DNA of 63,831 bases, filler included, from Welwitschia mirabilis (lineage: Eukaryota), in the NCBI GenBank assembly GCA_051453625.1. It is 4 parts of one record of this genome, joined end to end, with 100 filler letters (N's around TTAATTAATTAA, not from the genome) between each part and the next. Parts side by side here need not be neighbours in the genome. Positions count along the whole stretch, not along the records: positions 29,757 to 53,400 come from JBOZIK010000001.1; 3 more parts are not named here. One strand, 5' to 3'. How positions within the stretch are numbered: the stretch's first letter is position 1; each line of letters starts with the position of its first letter. The position numbers and the translations under genes were made by a program. This document shows, piece by piece, positions 36,672-49,749 of this stretch. The notes below the pieces were generated by a model. That model made no database searches. It was given only the letters and a program-made list of their open reading frames with translations, and had not been told where the DNA came from.

Positions 36672-38210
36672 AGTAAGGATCATTGAATTCAGAGGGAAGG
36701 GGTGATTGAGTTCTACCAAATAAAAATTTCAACAATAATAAATTAGAAATACCTTATCAAGATAATATGGTTCCCTAATCTAGGTATGTTTACACACATA
36801 TGGTTCCTTCCTCTTATACCTCTAAATATTTTTAACCTATAAAGAATAGTGATTTTGGTGTACTACTAATCTTATAACAATATAGGACTCTCCTTGCAAT
36901 GCATCACTCTCTTCCCCTTAGTTAAAAACAACAATATGCTCACAAGCATAACCATAAAGTGAGATGCTCACAAGGTAGCAATCTCTTCCCCTCAAGGATG
37001 NNNNNNNNNNNNNNNNNNNNNNNNNNNNNNNNNNNNNNNNNNNNNNNNNNNNNNNNNNNNNNNNNNNNNNNNNNNNNNNNNNNNNNNNNNNNNNNNNNNN
37101 AACAATATGCTCACAAGCATAACCATAAAGTGAGATGCTCCTTACAAGGTAGTAATCTTTCCCCTCAAGGATGGACTATAAAATGATATTCAAGAATAAG
37201 ATAGTGTGACAATGTAAGATCCAATCAATAAAAATAATAATAAGATTGAATAATATAACTTTAAAGAACGCTTGAGTTTCTTTTTATTGTTGTCATCACA
37301 GGTGCTAAAGAATGATACAATGATGTTGGATCCAAGAATGAAAGATGTAGATGCTAAAATTTCTTTTACCAATAATAACATGATCCTTTGTGAGTTATTT
37401 TAATCACTTGTGTGTTCATTTCCTTTGATCTAGATTCATTTGTTGTGTTTCTTGGATGTGTTTAATCTATTCTTTTACATCATGCGTTTAAACCATTTGA
37501 GATATTGTAGCTATTTAACCTTATATGGTATCATTTGAACTTTGTAACCACCATGTAATAGATAGGAACGTCTAAGTGTTAAACACACATCTTCTTTTTA
37601 ATTTGATGTGAATGTTCATCTAAAACTCTTCAAAATTGTAGATGTCTACTAATAGTTAAAACTCTTCCTCTTGGTAGATGTCTTTAGTTAAAGTATTTAG
37701 AACTTGATGAAAATTGATTTGTATTATCTTTGACCCTCCATAATCATGAATATGTGATGCAAATCTTGATAGATTCCCTAAAACATAAATATTCATTAAA
37801 GAATAAAGTAACCTTATTAACTATTTTAGTTCTACATAGATATCTTCAAATGTGTAGATGTTTTTCATCAGCTTCAGATACATCTTTTAGCATAGTTTTC
37901 ATCATTAAGATAATTATCTTTGACCTATGATTTAAAACCTAGTATATCATAGATATTTTTGATCTCTAGACATCTTCATCATAGATGTCTTCTAATTATA
38001 GACATCTTCTCTATAAACATCTTCAATTCTATAGACATCTTTAGTCAATTGATTTTTCATTTTTAAATCTGACTTGAATTTTCAAATATCATTTTAAAGG
38101 TCTGACAATTATCTTATGCTATTCATGATCTGATTTTGTTTGCATTCACCTATCTACATAATGACACAAAAAGTTTTACAAGTGGAATCATCAAAACTAG
38201 ATTTACAAGT
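36672..38210 (-). repeat. 3' LTR of an old SIRE-like Copia element
   Basis: Minus-strand end CAATCACCCCTTCCCTCTGAATTCAATGATCCTTAC. Preceded by the PPT AAAAAGGAGGAGA (38225-38213). Contains many AGACATCT/AGATGTCT motifs. Confidence 0.65.
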
Positions 38211-38899
38211 GATCTCCTCCTTTTTGATGATGTTCAAAACTTGGTAAATCTCATTAGTATAGTCACATTCAATAAACTAAATTGAGATATTTATATTAAA
38301 GATAGAAAAGAACCTAAGATATTTTACAATGGTATTGAGAAAACATGATTTTGACCACTTGAATGAATATGTAGAGATTTAAAAAAGGCACATTAACATT
38401 TGATAATTTCATTTACGAAAATTAACAACTAATCAAGTAAAATGTGCTCATAGTAGTGTGCTAATAGTAAAATTAGAGCATACCATTTAAATTGTGTGTC
38501 AACAATACATCATATTAAAGATCATGAAAATGTGCTAATAGATAAAGTGTGCTAACAATTAAAAAAATGTCATAACATAAAAATGTATGCAAAAATCAAT
38601 CAAGAGTGATCATCAATGAATAATGATGTCACTTACGAAAACAATCCATCATCTCATAGTGAAGTCCTCCATGTCCAAGTAGGATGTCCATGCCACAACT
38701 GAATTACCCAACTGATTTGCAACTAATTTGACATTACTTCTTCTCCTTTTTTATAATAGATAAAAAAGAGATAATTGCTAAGCATAGAACCATTAGTATA
38801 ATATATGCCTTCTTCTTCTTTGTCACTGTCATAAGTAGTGAAAGTTTAAATGGTATAAGATGATGAGATGTGGTTGATAACATGTGGTGCTTTCTGGTA

Positions 38900-40390
38900 G
38901 GCTACTGAGAGGTCTTACTTGGTTCCATCATAGCCCTGTCTTCTCATATATTAATATGTTTAAGGAGTAATGAACATCTTAAAGAAGCTAGTGGTGGCAA
39001 TTTTTGGAAAGGATGATGGTACTGTGATAAGAAGTGGTACATGAATAGGCTATGTGTAAGATGGTGGTGGTGATGGCATGCATAATGAAGGTAGAGATGG
39101 TATGCATGGTAGTGACAAGGAACGAGAAGATGATGTGTGAAAAATTAGTAGCTTGTGATGTATGTTTGAACTCTTTGATTCTATCTTTTGCTATCTTCAC
39201 GATAGACCTATAGCCTATTGTCCCCTCTACACCTGTGCCTTTATGGAAGCATAGTAATCCTTCTAAATATGTGCCTTATCTCTTGATGACTCTGTAGAAC
39301 TATTATCTACTCTTCCTGAGTCATAACTTATGCCCTGTGAAGTTGGAGGTGCTTCTTCTTTTGCTTCATCCTCTGAATCTATCCATGTGGAAGTCCTCAT
39401 GGATTTTCAACTCTCTACTTGTGCTTCATCCTTACTAGCTATAGACTTGTGCTTTTATAATCTTAACAAATTTTTGCTAAATTTTCAATCATTTTTGCTA
39501 TTACTTTTATCTACTTCTTTACTAATGACAAACGGTTTGTAGCAGTGGATTAAGATCTTTGGAATTATGAAGGCCTTCTAGTTGTATCCTCACTTGGTGC
39601 ATTAGCACTCTACATTTTTCACTAAATTCAAATCTTCAACCTAGTAAGTAGATAGAACACAACAAGAGTTTGCATTGGTTTTTAGTAATTGTAAGTACCA
39701 CCTTTGACTAAAATATTATAAAATATAGTTAAGTTGAGTAAAACATTATATACATAAGCATCAGTAATCATGTTTTTACACTCTATATTTTCAAAAAAAT
39801 TCATCCTAGAGTATCCAAATAAAATATTACTCATAGTACTCCATGATACACTGATAGTTCATGAAGTGAAAATTCCTATAAATAAATACACATATAACTG
39901 AGGGAGCTCTGAATTGTTAATGCCAAGAATTAAATTTACAAAACTAGAAGTAAGATACAATGAAGTTATCTCTGACCTAAGTTTGGACATTCCTAATGTT
40001 GTCATTTATCTCGTGGATGTTGGCATAAAATTTCCTCATAACTAGATCTAGTATTCTTTGATCTAGTTGAATAATCATGTTCCATCCAAAATAAGAGAAG
40101 TAAGTCACAAGCTGATATTTCCTTATAAAATTCAAGTCTTCTTTCTACAATTATGAAGTTTCTTGTCCAAGTTCTATACCTTCTTGTAGCTACCTCATCA
40201 TAAAACTGAGGCTCATACTGAGATCTTTGTTGCTCCATCTCTTGTTTTTTCCCTCTTGAGGTACTATTATATTTTTTTCCTAACATTTTGAGATAAATAT
40301 ATAAAATTCTAAATAAAAAATAACTAAAATGTGAAGAAACAACTAAAAATGAGCACTTGAAGGAATAATAGCACCTATTCTTCCTCACTG
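38900..40390 (-). pseudogene. Degenerate Sirevirus env-like ORF between pol and the PPT region
   Basis: Position between RNase H and multiple PPT-like tracts. MLGKKYNSTSRGKKQEMEQQRSQYEPQFYDEVATRRYRTWTRNFIIVERRLEF resembles the start of plant retrotransposon accessory ORFs. Confidence 0.55.
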
Positions 40391-41019
40391 TGAATATGTC
40401 TAATAAAACGAAGACATCTTGCTAGAGAAATCGAAGAATATTAACCCTAAGAATTGCTTAAGAGGGACAACTATCGAGTGGAGACTTGAAAATGAGATTT
40501 GGTAGCCCTTTTTGTAAATAAAAAGGGTAAAACCCTAGGTTTTTGATGCATTTTAATTTCCACAATAGTACATGAAATATGTCTACATACTAAAAAACAT
40601 CTAAAATGTGAAAAGTAGATGTACACAAAGTGAAAGACATCTACTATTAAAAATTTCATAATACATTTTTCATGCTATCAAGACATCTACCTCATCAAAG
40701 ACATATATTTTGAAAATTTCAAAAAGCATACCTAACCTTGAAAGATATCTGGAAACTTAAGATGTATGCTTCAAAGACATCTATAAATCTAAAGATGTCT
40801 CTCTGATAGATGTTTATAAAATAAATATCTCTATCATGTAAATTAATGAAACTTCTAAACATTCTACAACTAACATAATCATAACAATATCAGTCAGAAA
40901 AAGTAAAATAACAAGCACATAATTTAACTTTTACTATATCTAACTATAATCTTAACTCATAGATATTTGTAAAGTGGAGTTGAGAATTAAATGTTAATAT
41001 CTAATAAATTATCTAATTG

Positions 41020-42650
41020 GGTAAAGCCCAATTTCCAAGTTCCTGTACAACTTTGTAAACCTTTCATTACGTGGAGGTTTTGTGAATACATCACAAAGTT
41101 GATTATTAGTATTGATATATTACATTGTGATGGCTATGTGCTGTATTGAATCCTTTGAGATGTTGGTGGTAAATCAACAAAAATCCTCTGTACTAATTTG
41201 AGTTTTAATGCCACAATGTGGACTACCTATTATATTATTAATGAAATGACTTTTTTTTTTAGTCTGCTCATACTTGAAGGATTTTCCTAATTAAACTTGA
41301 AGATGGATAGATGGTTGATTAATCTACATAGGAATATAATCATCTTATACATCTATAGAAGATAGATTAGTATCATTTACTCTAACATTTATAATTTCCT
41401 CAGCTACTCAGGTTCTATTGTTATACACCCCATGTGCTTTGATAATTGTAAAATATCCTAGAAAAATTCCTTCATCAACTTTTTAATTAAACTTTTTCAA
41501 CTTACCCTTTTTATTTAAGATAAATCACTTTGTTCTAATGAGGTCTTAGAATTAAATTGTCTTAACAGGGCTCTATTTGAAATGTAGAAAGCCGTGTTAA
41601 TTGCTTCTACCCAAAAATGAAAAGGAACCTTTTTATCATGTATTATCATTCTAGCCATTTCATTAAGTACTCTATCCTTTCTTTCTACTACATTTTGTTA
41701 GGGAATCATAAATGTAAAAAATTAATGTAGAATATCAAAATGTTCACAAAACTCTTTGAACCTTGCATTTNNNNNNNNNNNNNNNNNNNNNNNNNNNNNN
41801 NNNNNNNNNNNNNNNNNNNNNNNNNNNNNNNNNNNNNNNNNNNNNNNNNNNNNNNNNNNNNNNNNNNNNNTTTCTTTTAGTTACTCTATTTTGTTGTGAT
41901 GTCCTTGAAACTAAAAATTAATGTAGAATACCAAAATGTTCACAAAACTCTTTGAACCTTGCATTTTTAAGTTTTGTGCCATTATTACTTCTTATCATTT
42001 TGATCCTGTATCCTTTTTGATTATATAACCTAATACATAACTTAGAGAAAGCATTAAATACCTCATCCTTATATGTAAGGAAGGCTATCCATGTAAAATG
42101 AGAATAATCATCTATCATAGTTAAATAATACTATTTTGTACCTAAACTTTCTATAGATAAAAGACTAGTAATATCAAGGTTTAAGAGATCTAAAGGATGT
42201 TGAGTTGAGATAGTATTTTTCTTATTAAATATTACCCTTATCTACTTTTCCTTTTAACATGATTTACAAACTTGATTATCAATACTTTTTAATTTGAAAG
42301 GTCCTCTTACCATTTTTTTTATAGATAAAATTTTGAGTAAATCTGTATTTACATGTCTAAGGTTTTTGTGTCATGACACTGCTTTACCTGTTTTGCTTAA
42401 TAAACACTTAGTTTCATTATTAGAAATATCTTGTAGAGTGGTGATATATACATTTAACTTATTTATATCAATAAATCAAACTTTTATTAAATTTTATTCT
42501 CTAATGACATAATCATATTTTATAAAGGTAACAAAAAAATTTGCATTACATAATTAACTTACACTTAAAACATCATGTTGCAAACATTGTATTAAAAAAA
42601 TACATCCTTTACCTCTGGTAGATTACCTCCTTCAATAGTCCTAATTAAAG
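41020..42650 (-). pseudogene. Degenerate Copia pol (protease remnant, GAG-pre-integrase, integrase, RNase H tail), with RT missing
   Basis: HKNLRHVN...VCKSC; MIDDYSHFTWIAFLTYKDEVFNAFSKL...IKMIRSNNGTKLKNARFKEFCEHFGILH; FHFWVEAINTAFYI; then INTNNQLCDVFTKPPRNERFTKL at ~41150-41040. Confidence 0.85.
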
Positions 42651-44449
42651 GGTTTTAAATTCCTTAAAACATAGATAAAAATACATGATAATCATTAAGA
42701 GGAAACTAATAACAACATTTTACCCTGTTGGTGTATGCACTATTCAATTTCATGTTAAATATTATTTACAAATTATATATCTTCATGAAGACATTAAAAG
42801 GCTAGTTACATTCTCCTTCCAATTCTTAGAATCATTAAGAAGTTTTCTTAACATGGTCTTAAGGACTTTCTCTTTAGTCCTTCTTCACCCTACCTCCTTC
42901 TTATAAAGTGGAATACAAACCATGTAACACTAATGTAATATTTTATTCTTTTAGGCTATAAATATTAGATAAGCTTATTCACCTTGAAGCTACTTTTAAG
43001 CCTCTCACATAAACATCTTAAAATATCTAACTCCTTTATATTTTTAAAAAAAATCTTTAAGAACCAAACATGCCTATGATACTCGAAGCACATTCTTTTA
43101 ATTAGACAAGACAAAATAGAGTAATCTAAAAGGAGGAACTTCCTTTACCATTATAGGATGTAGCATGGTTACAGCACCGATCTCTTGGGAATTCATGCAA
43201 ATCCCTTCATACTTATTCCTTTCCAAATAAAACTAGCTCACTAACATCAAATAATGCTACAGAGTTCATATATCAGTTGTTTTCCATCTACCATAATATG
43301 GTTCTTTTAGCTTTAGAAATGAATAACTTTTAGTGAGAGTGATAAATAGAATAGGAAGAACTGATAATAAGAGATTCTCTATTCATAATTTAGACATATT
43401 TGTAGAGTGTTATACTAACATACCCAATACTAGTGTAGTATCTTTTATAGTTTCTCAGACGAATAAAAATAAAAAAAAATGCCTTATTTCCTAAAATTAG
43501 GGTTTTAGTGCTATAAAGAAATGAGCCATAGAGCCATATATCTAAATTTGAATCTTAAATGATTTGATAATACTAAACAGAGACACATATCAAGTTAATC
43601 AAAAAAGAATAAAAACATTTTTACTATGACTCTTCTTCATTGTTCATGTCTCATATCAGGAGTGGATTGTCCTAGGGTTTATAGTGATTTGCCTTACCCT
43701 GGGGTTTAAAGGATTTTTNNNNNNNNNNNNNNNNNNNNNNNNNNNNNNNNNNNNNNNNNNNNNNNNNNNNNNNNNNNNNNNNNNNNNNNNNNNNNNNNNN
43801 NNNNNNNNNNNNNNNNNNAGCGATTTGCCTTATCCTGAGGTTTAAAAGATTTTTTAATTTTTTTAAGACCCTCAATAACTACTCTGAGAGATCCTCTGAG
43901 CTTAAAAGTGATAGGGATGGTAGAATCCTTAGTAGAGCACTAAGATTGATTGAAAAACATACTAAATGATCTTAAGTTTAGTCATAAAAATTGACAAATA
44001 GTTCATGTTAAATCATAGATTTGTTTACTATGTAGACATCTAAGAAATCCTTAGTGTAACAGGCTCATATGACATCCATTTTTTTCCATAAAATCATTCA
44101 AAAAAAGTACTAAGAAACAAAGAAAAAAAAGATCTATTTTCACATCTCCATTGCAAGAGTCACTTATGCATTCTTCTGAAATTTACTAAGTAAACATTTG
44201 TAGTTCAATCATATGGTAAATCCATAATTAGACAAGATAATTTCCTTTTTTAAATCAAATTTCTATGAAACTTTGCAAATAAAATGTCCTTTGATCTCTA
44301 GATCGGCCTCCTCCTTTTGTGCATTTACATTGATCTTCTCCTTTATATAGGATTAGAAGGGTTTGTAGTGAAGCATGATCCCTTCATTTATGCTATAATG
44401 CTAATTATAGAATTTTAAATTCTTTAAAACATAGATAAAAAGATGTCAT

Positions 44450-45238
44450 AAGCATTAAGAGGAGAATGCATCATGTATAAAAAAATTAAAACTAAGATAA
44501 TATATCAAAAATGAAGGCCCCAATCCCTAGCCATGCTAAGGACAATGACAAGGCACATTCTTCATTAGCATTGTAATAAGAATTTATACATAAGGCTATA
44601 GAAGTACTTTCCATAATATTCTCACTCTTTTCATCATCCTTCTATGATTAAATCTTTGACTTAACTACCCACTAAAGTTAAAAGTTAAATATTTGATCAT
44701 CCATTATATTTGTCTTTTCTATCTTTGATTTTCATACCAACATTAAAATGTTGGCATCACCCAAAGAAAATTCCAAGCCTAATACCTCTAATAGGTGATT
44801 CTATATTATCTCTAAAGACTACCACTCCTTTGTCTTATTCCACTAAAGTAGTGAAGCTAGATTTATTTCTAGCCATGTATCTTAAGCATCGACTTTCAAT
44901 GTATCAAGCATGCTTCTTCATTACTCATAATGTAATTTGTGGTAGGAGTACTAGTTTTGATTTTTATATCCATACGTTTCTTGGTTTATCCCATACATAA
45001 TATTATATCATTCTACTAGGCCTCTTAGCATTGTTAGTATAATATGTATTTTTAATTTCATTAAGCACTTATATTGATAATGATCTTATTGTGGCAATAA
45101 TAGTAGATAATATTATTTGTAGTTATTAAATGTTCATACCGTAGTTCATAATTCCATTTTTCAAACAAAGAGGCTGAAGTACTAGTTAAGGCTTCATTGA
45201 GTCCCAAATCAGTTTTGTCACTTGAGATTTTACATTGC
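44450..45238 (-). pseudogene. Degenerate extended SIRE gag fragment
   Basis: QQCKISSDKTDLGLNE near 45240-45195 resembles the DKxGLG motif, and the segment lies upstream of the pol on the same strand. Confidence 0.35.
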
Positions 45239-46410
45239 TGATGAAAGTTTATGTGATGAAAAAAAACAAAAAATATTAAGAAACTATGCTAGAAAAATGC
45301 AAAAAACTATGGTGCTACTAACCTAAAATAAGCTTAAACCATTAAAGAAAAGTCAAAGGCTTACTAGAGAACTAGTTAAGTTTTTTGATACTTTTACTAT
45401 TTGGTTCAAAATGCATCATCATGATAATATCATGATGAAGTTACTTGAACTAGTTGAGTTGGTTTATTTGTTTATAGAGTTCACTATTTACATATACTAC
45501 ATTAGGAAAAATAAAGAAAAAAGAAAGATGTAATAAGAATTAGATGAATGCTAAATAATACTTATTTTTAAGCACTGTTAATTATCATAGTTTATGTTCT
45601 ACTACACAAACAAGAGAAAATAGAAGATAATATTACTTTTCTAACTAATAAAACATGCACACAATGATATTTAAAATTTTAGCTTTTTAGCTTTATATTA
45701 GAATACCAAAGTGTTACACAGAGATGTACTAATAAGGTTGTGTTTTTTTTGTAGGCAACAGTAAAGCATTAGAGATTGTGTTTTTCTTGTAGGAAACACT
45801 AGAGCATTAGAGATGTTGATATGCCCTTTATAATATGACTAAAGCTTCCTTCTTAACCTTCTTGCTGAGTCCTATTTCTAGAGCTTTTTGCTAAAAAGAT
45901 NNNNNNNNNNNNNNNNNNNNNNNNNNNNNNNNNNNNNNNNNNNNNNNNNNNNNNNNNNNNNNNNNNNNNNNNNNNNNNNNNNNNNNNNNNNNNNNNNNNN
46001 CAAAAAGATACCCATCTTTTGTGGTGATCTCCTCCTTATACTCCTTTTTGTTTTGTCATTTCTCTCCTTAAGAATAGACTTATGGTTAAGTTTGTTATCA
46101 CATTTCTACCACATTGGTATTCTCTTTCATCCTCTTGCCAAATGGTATTTTGTACCTATAACATAATGATATTACATATATATATATATATACATACACA
46201 CACATACACATATTAACCTACTAACATACTAACTAATCAACCTACTAGCTAACTAATACATTAACTTAATTACTAAAGAAAAATGTCTAACATCATCTAA
46301 AATGTATAATTATAAAAATAAAAACATTTTATTAATAAGTAAAATTTACATCAAAATTAGTTCTCACTAGTTTCCCCAAGCTCAAGGTCTTGTTAGTCCC
46401 TTAACAAATA
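45239..46410 (-). repeat. Athila-like 3' terminus (PPT region) and LTR
   Basis: Minus strand TTTGTTAAGGGACTAACAAGACCTTGAGCTTGGGGAAAA (46410-46370) parallels the motif at 7131-7164. The T-rich LTR-like tract ends ...TTTCATCA at ~45239. Confidence 0.5.
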
Positions 46411-46449
46411 TATACAAAAGAAACAGAAAGAGAGATTCATTGTTTTTTC

Positions 46450-49400
46450 TTTCTCCTTTTTAAAACAAAAGGATACTCTTGCCTGAATCCTGATTCCATT
46501 AATTTCTTAGCTAATTAAGTAGATTATTTTTCCTCTTCTAAGGTAGTCAAAATCCTCCTCTATTCCTACTGGAAAGCAGGATCATTTAAGTCTAAGGTTT
46601 CTATGTCTGTCGATTCTAGAATGGCTATGTCTATATCCCTGCCCTTTTCTCTTAAATAAGATGTTGACTTCTTTGACTTTTTCCTTTTTCTTTTAGGAGA
46701 TAGAGGAATTTTTGATCTAGGACTTTAAGACACACATTTAGCTTTAGAGCTACCTCAACTTGTAGTCCCCTTCTTGAAGTTTGTCTTATTGGAATTATAT
46801 ACATCTCTGATTAATTATTATTTTCTAATTTTCAAAAGATGTTTATAAAAGTGCCTCTCAGCATAGTCATATTTTTCACAATTCTATCTCTAAAGGTACA
46901 TAATTGATGAAAATCCTAAGAGAACACTACAAAAACTTTCATATCAGCTTCACATTAGTCTAATATCCTATAAAATTTTTAGCTCTATCATTTAAAATTT
47001 TTTTGAATTTTTAGGTGGAGAATTTAACCCGTTTTTATATAATTTTAATCTTCAAAGATTTTGATTTCTCTTTTATAATTATCAAAAAATCTACTCATCT
47101 TTGACCATTACCTTGAAGTTTTTTAAATAATACTTCAGAAATGTTCTTTAAATATATTAATAAAATCATGTAGTTTCTGAGGGTAGTAGTCAAAGCTTTT
47201 CAAAACTGTCAATTCTTTATGTCAAGATCCAATTCTCTTACCTAACTTTACCTTTATTAAGTAAAGCTTATTTGGTAGTCTCATGTTCTCTTTTTTTAAA
47301 TTTTAAATAATAAGTTCGATAGATTCTAGACATATTATTTTGATATCCTTCTTTAAATATACATGATATTCCTTCAAAACATTCATAATAATTAGCTTTA
47401 ATTTATTTTCAATGTTACCAGTCAAATTTGAAGAAGTTGAAGGTATGTTCTAAATTAATCTCATTGCTCTTTTGATTTCTTCTTTTATTTCTGAAGGCAT
47501 GTTTAATGGTTGAATCTTGAAGAGGTTAGCTAGAAGAGCTTGCTTATATCATTTGANNNNNNNNNNNNNNNNNNNNNNNNNNNNNNNNNNNNNNNNNNNN
47601 NNNNNNNNNNNNNNNNNNNNNNNNNNNNNNNNNNNNNNNNNNNNNNNNNNNNNNNNTAATAAGTTCGATAGATTCTAGACATATTATTTTGATATCCTTC
47701 TTCAAATCTACATGATATTCCTTCAAAACATTCATAATAATTAGCTATAATTTATTTTCAATATTGCCAGTCAAATTTGAAGAAGTTGAAGGTATGCTCT
47801 GAATTAATCTCATTGCTCTTTTTATTTCTTCTTTTATTTCTAAAGGCATGTTTAATGGTTGAATCTTGAAGAGGTTAGCTAGAAGAGATTGCTTATTCCA
47901 TTTGATTTTTCAGAGCCCTAGTTTCTTCCATCATCTAATTCATAACTCTCTTATTTGCTTCTAAAATGGAGTGATAGTGTCCCAACGAATTTTGGACTTC
48001 AGCCATTTGTGTCTATATTCTTAGGCCTCTACATGAATCTTCATGAATTTTTTAATTATATCCTATAGGTTTGTATAGATTTTATCTAAATATTCCTTGC
48101 TTAAGTGTAGAGGCCTTTTATTATGCATGAATATAATAAACTTTTATTGATACTCTATGTATTTAGCATTATATTTCTTACTTAAAGCCAAATTTTGCAA
48201 TAAGGATACTAATATGTCTAACCTTTTTCTTGGAAAATTTTCTAATTCACCACTGTCTTCAATAATAGTTTCTAATTTAGCAATGCATTTATAAGCTCTT
48301 TGTAATTTTTTGCTCATATTCTTGAAGGCTTCAGAAAGTTGAATATTTTCCTCTTTATTAATAATTTTCTATCATAAATTTTCATTATTTTCTCTTTCCT
48401 GATCTAATTTATGCTTTAAGAATTTATTCTTAATTCTTAAATCACCAACTTAACTCTATAATATCAAAACCTCTTCTTTTCTATTGAGATAGGTTTGAAT
48501 CTCATCTTTAACCAAATTTAAAGCACTATAAAGACTATTGATCTTGTCTTCTTCTAGTCCTTTAGAGAACTAACCAGATTATAGTGGATGGGAGGGGAAG
48601 AGTTCTTCAGTCAAGAATTGAGTTAGGTCTTGAACAATGCTTAAGGGAGGTAGCAGTAAAGGTAGACTCTAGGGATTAGAAGAGGATTCTCTCAGATCTA
48701 GTTAATTAGCTTTGTATTCTATAGTTCTTAAGAGACTTAATTCTTTAACTTCAAATAAACTTTAAATAGTTAAATCTAGACAGGGCTTATTTGATTGGAA
48801 TACAACTTTATTTTTGCTTAAAATCTAGGCTATCAAAGAGGGAAATCCTAGTCCTACTATGGAAGAAGCTCCCATTTCGGCTTTATTCATTTTTATAATA
48901 TGTCTTGCCAAATTCAAAAAGATTCCTTCTGTAATATTTACACTTGTTTGATTTATCTTATCCTTCACTGTTGTTATTATGTATAGGCTAGGTAATATGA
49001 TACTTTTATGTTTATGAAGGATTGGTACTAAGTTACTAGCCATAATTCTTGAAATAATTAAAAAAATTTGGTTCTACATCCCTATTCACCGGGATTCTTC
49101 CTTTCACCGCCATCCTGTTTAGAAGACTTATGCTCAAATTTGTGTCTTTTTTCCTGTTTATGTCATCAATAACTTTTTCTCCAGGTGGTAAGTGCAAAAT
49201 TTCCCTAATACTTTCTTAAGTAATTAATATTCTTTTATTTTTGACTATTGTTTCTAGCATATCTTTTGTGTCATTTATTTCCAAATTCTTATAAAACTCA
49301 TAAATAGATTTTAAGATGAATCTGTCATTTATGTTAAGAAATTCATACCACCGTGCTTAATGATTCTCTATTTAAACTCTATTAAGAAGGGATCAGAAAT

Positions 49401-49600
49401 TACATTTGTGAAATTCAAAGAAGAAATAATTTTGCATTCTGTCAAACTTGTCATAATTTTTGGAGTTAAATAAACTAAAAAAATGCTTTTTAACTACTAA
49501 GCAATTCTTTTCTAAAAAGAATATAAAATGTGTTTTCATAAAATATAAAATGTTCTTTCACTAAATTTACAAAAATCATGGTAAAATTGTCTTCTACTCT
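46450..49600 (-). pseudogene. Long degenerate env-like/accessory ORF (~1000 codons) of an Athila-like element
   Basis: RWYEFLNINDRFILKSIYEFYKNLEINDTKDMLETIVKNKRILIT*ESIREILHLP and RHIIKMNKAEMGASSIVGLGFPSLIA, followed by a long K/E/L-rich tract. Confidence 0.65.
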
Positions 49601-49749
49601 ATTCTCCTTTCATGTTAAATTTGGCATTCTCCTGAATGCTAAACATGAGATACTAGACATATGTAATTTTCATGTAAATATGTTCCACCATATTTAAGAG
49701 ATTTATACACAAGAAAGCATAAGAAAGGACAAAAGCACAATAGAGAAAA

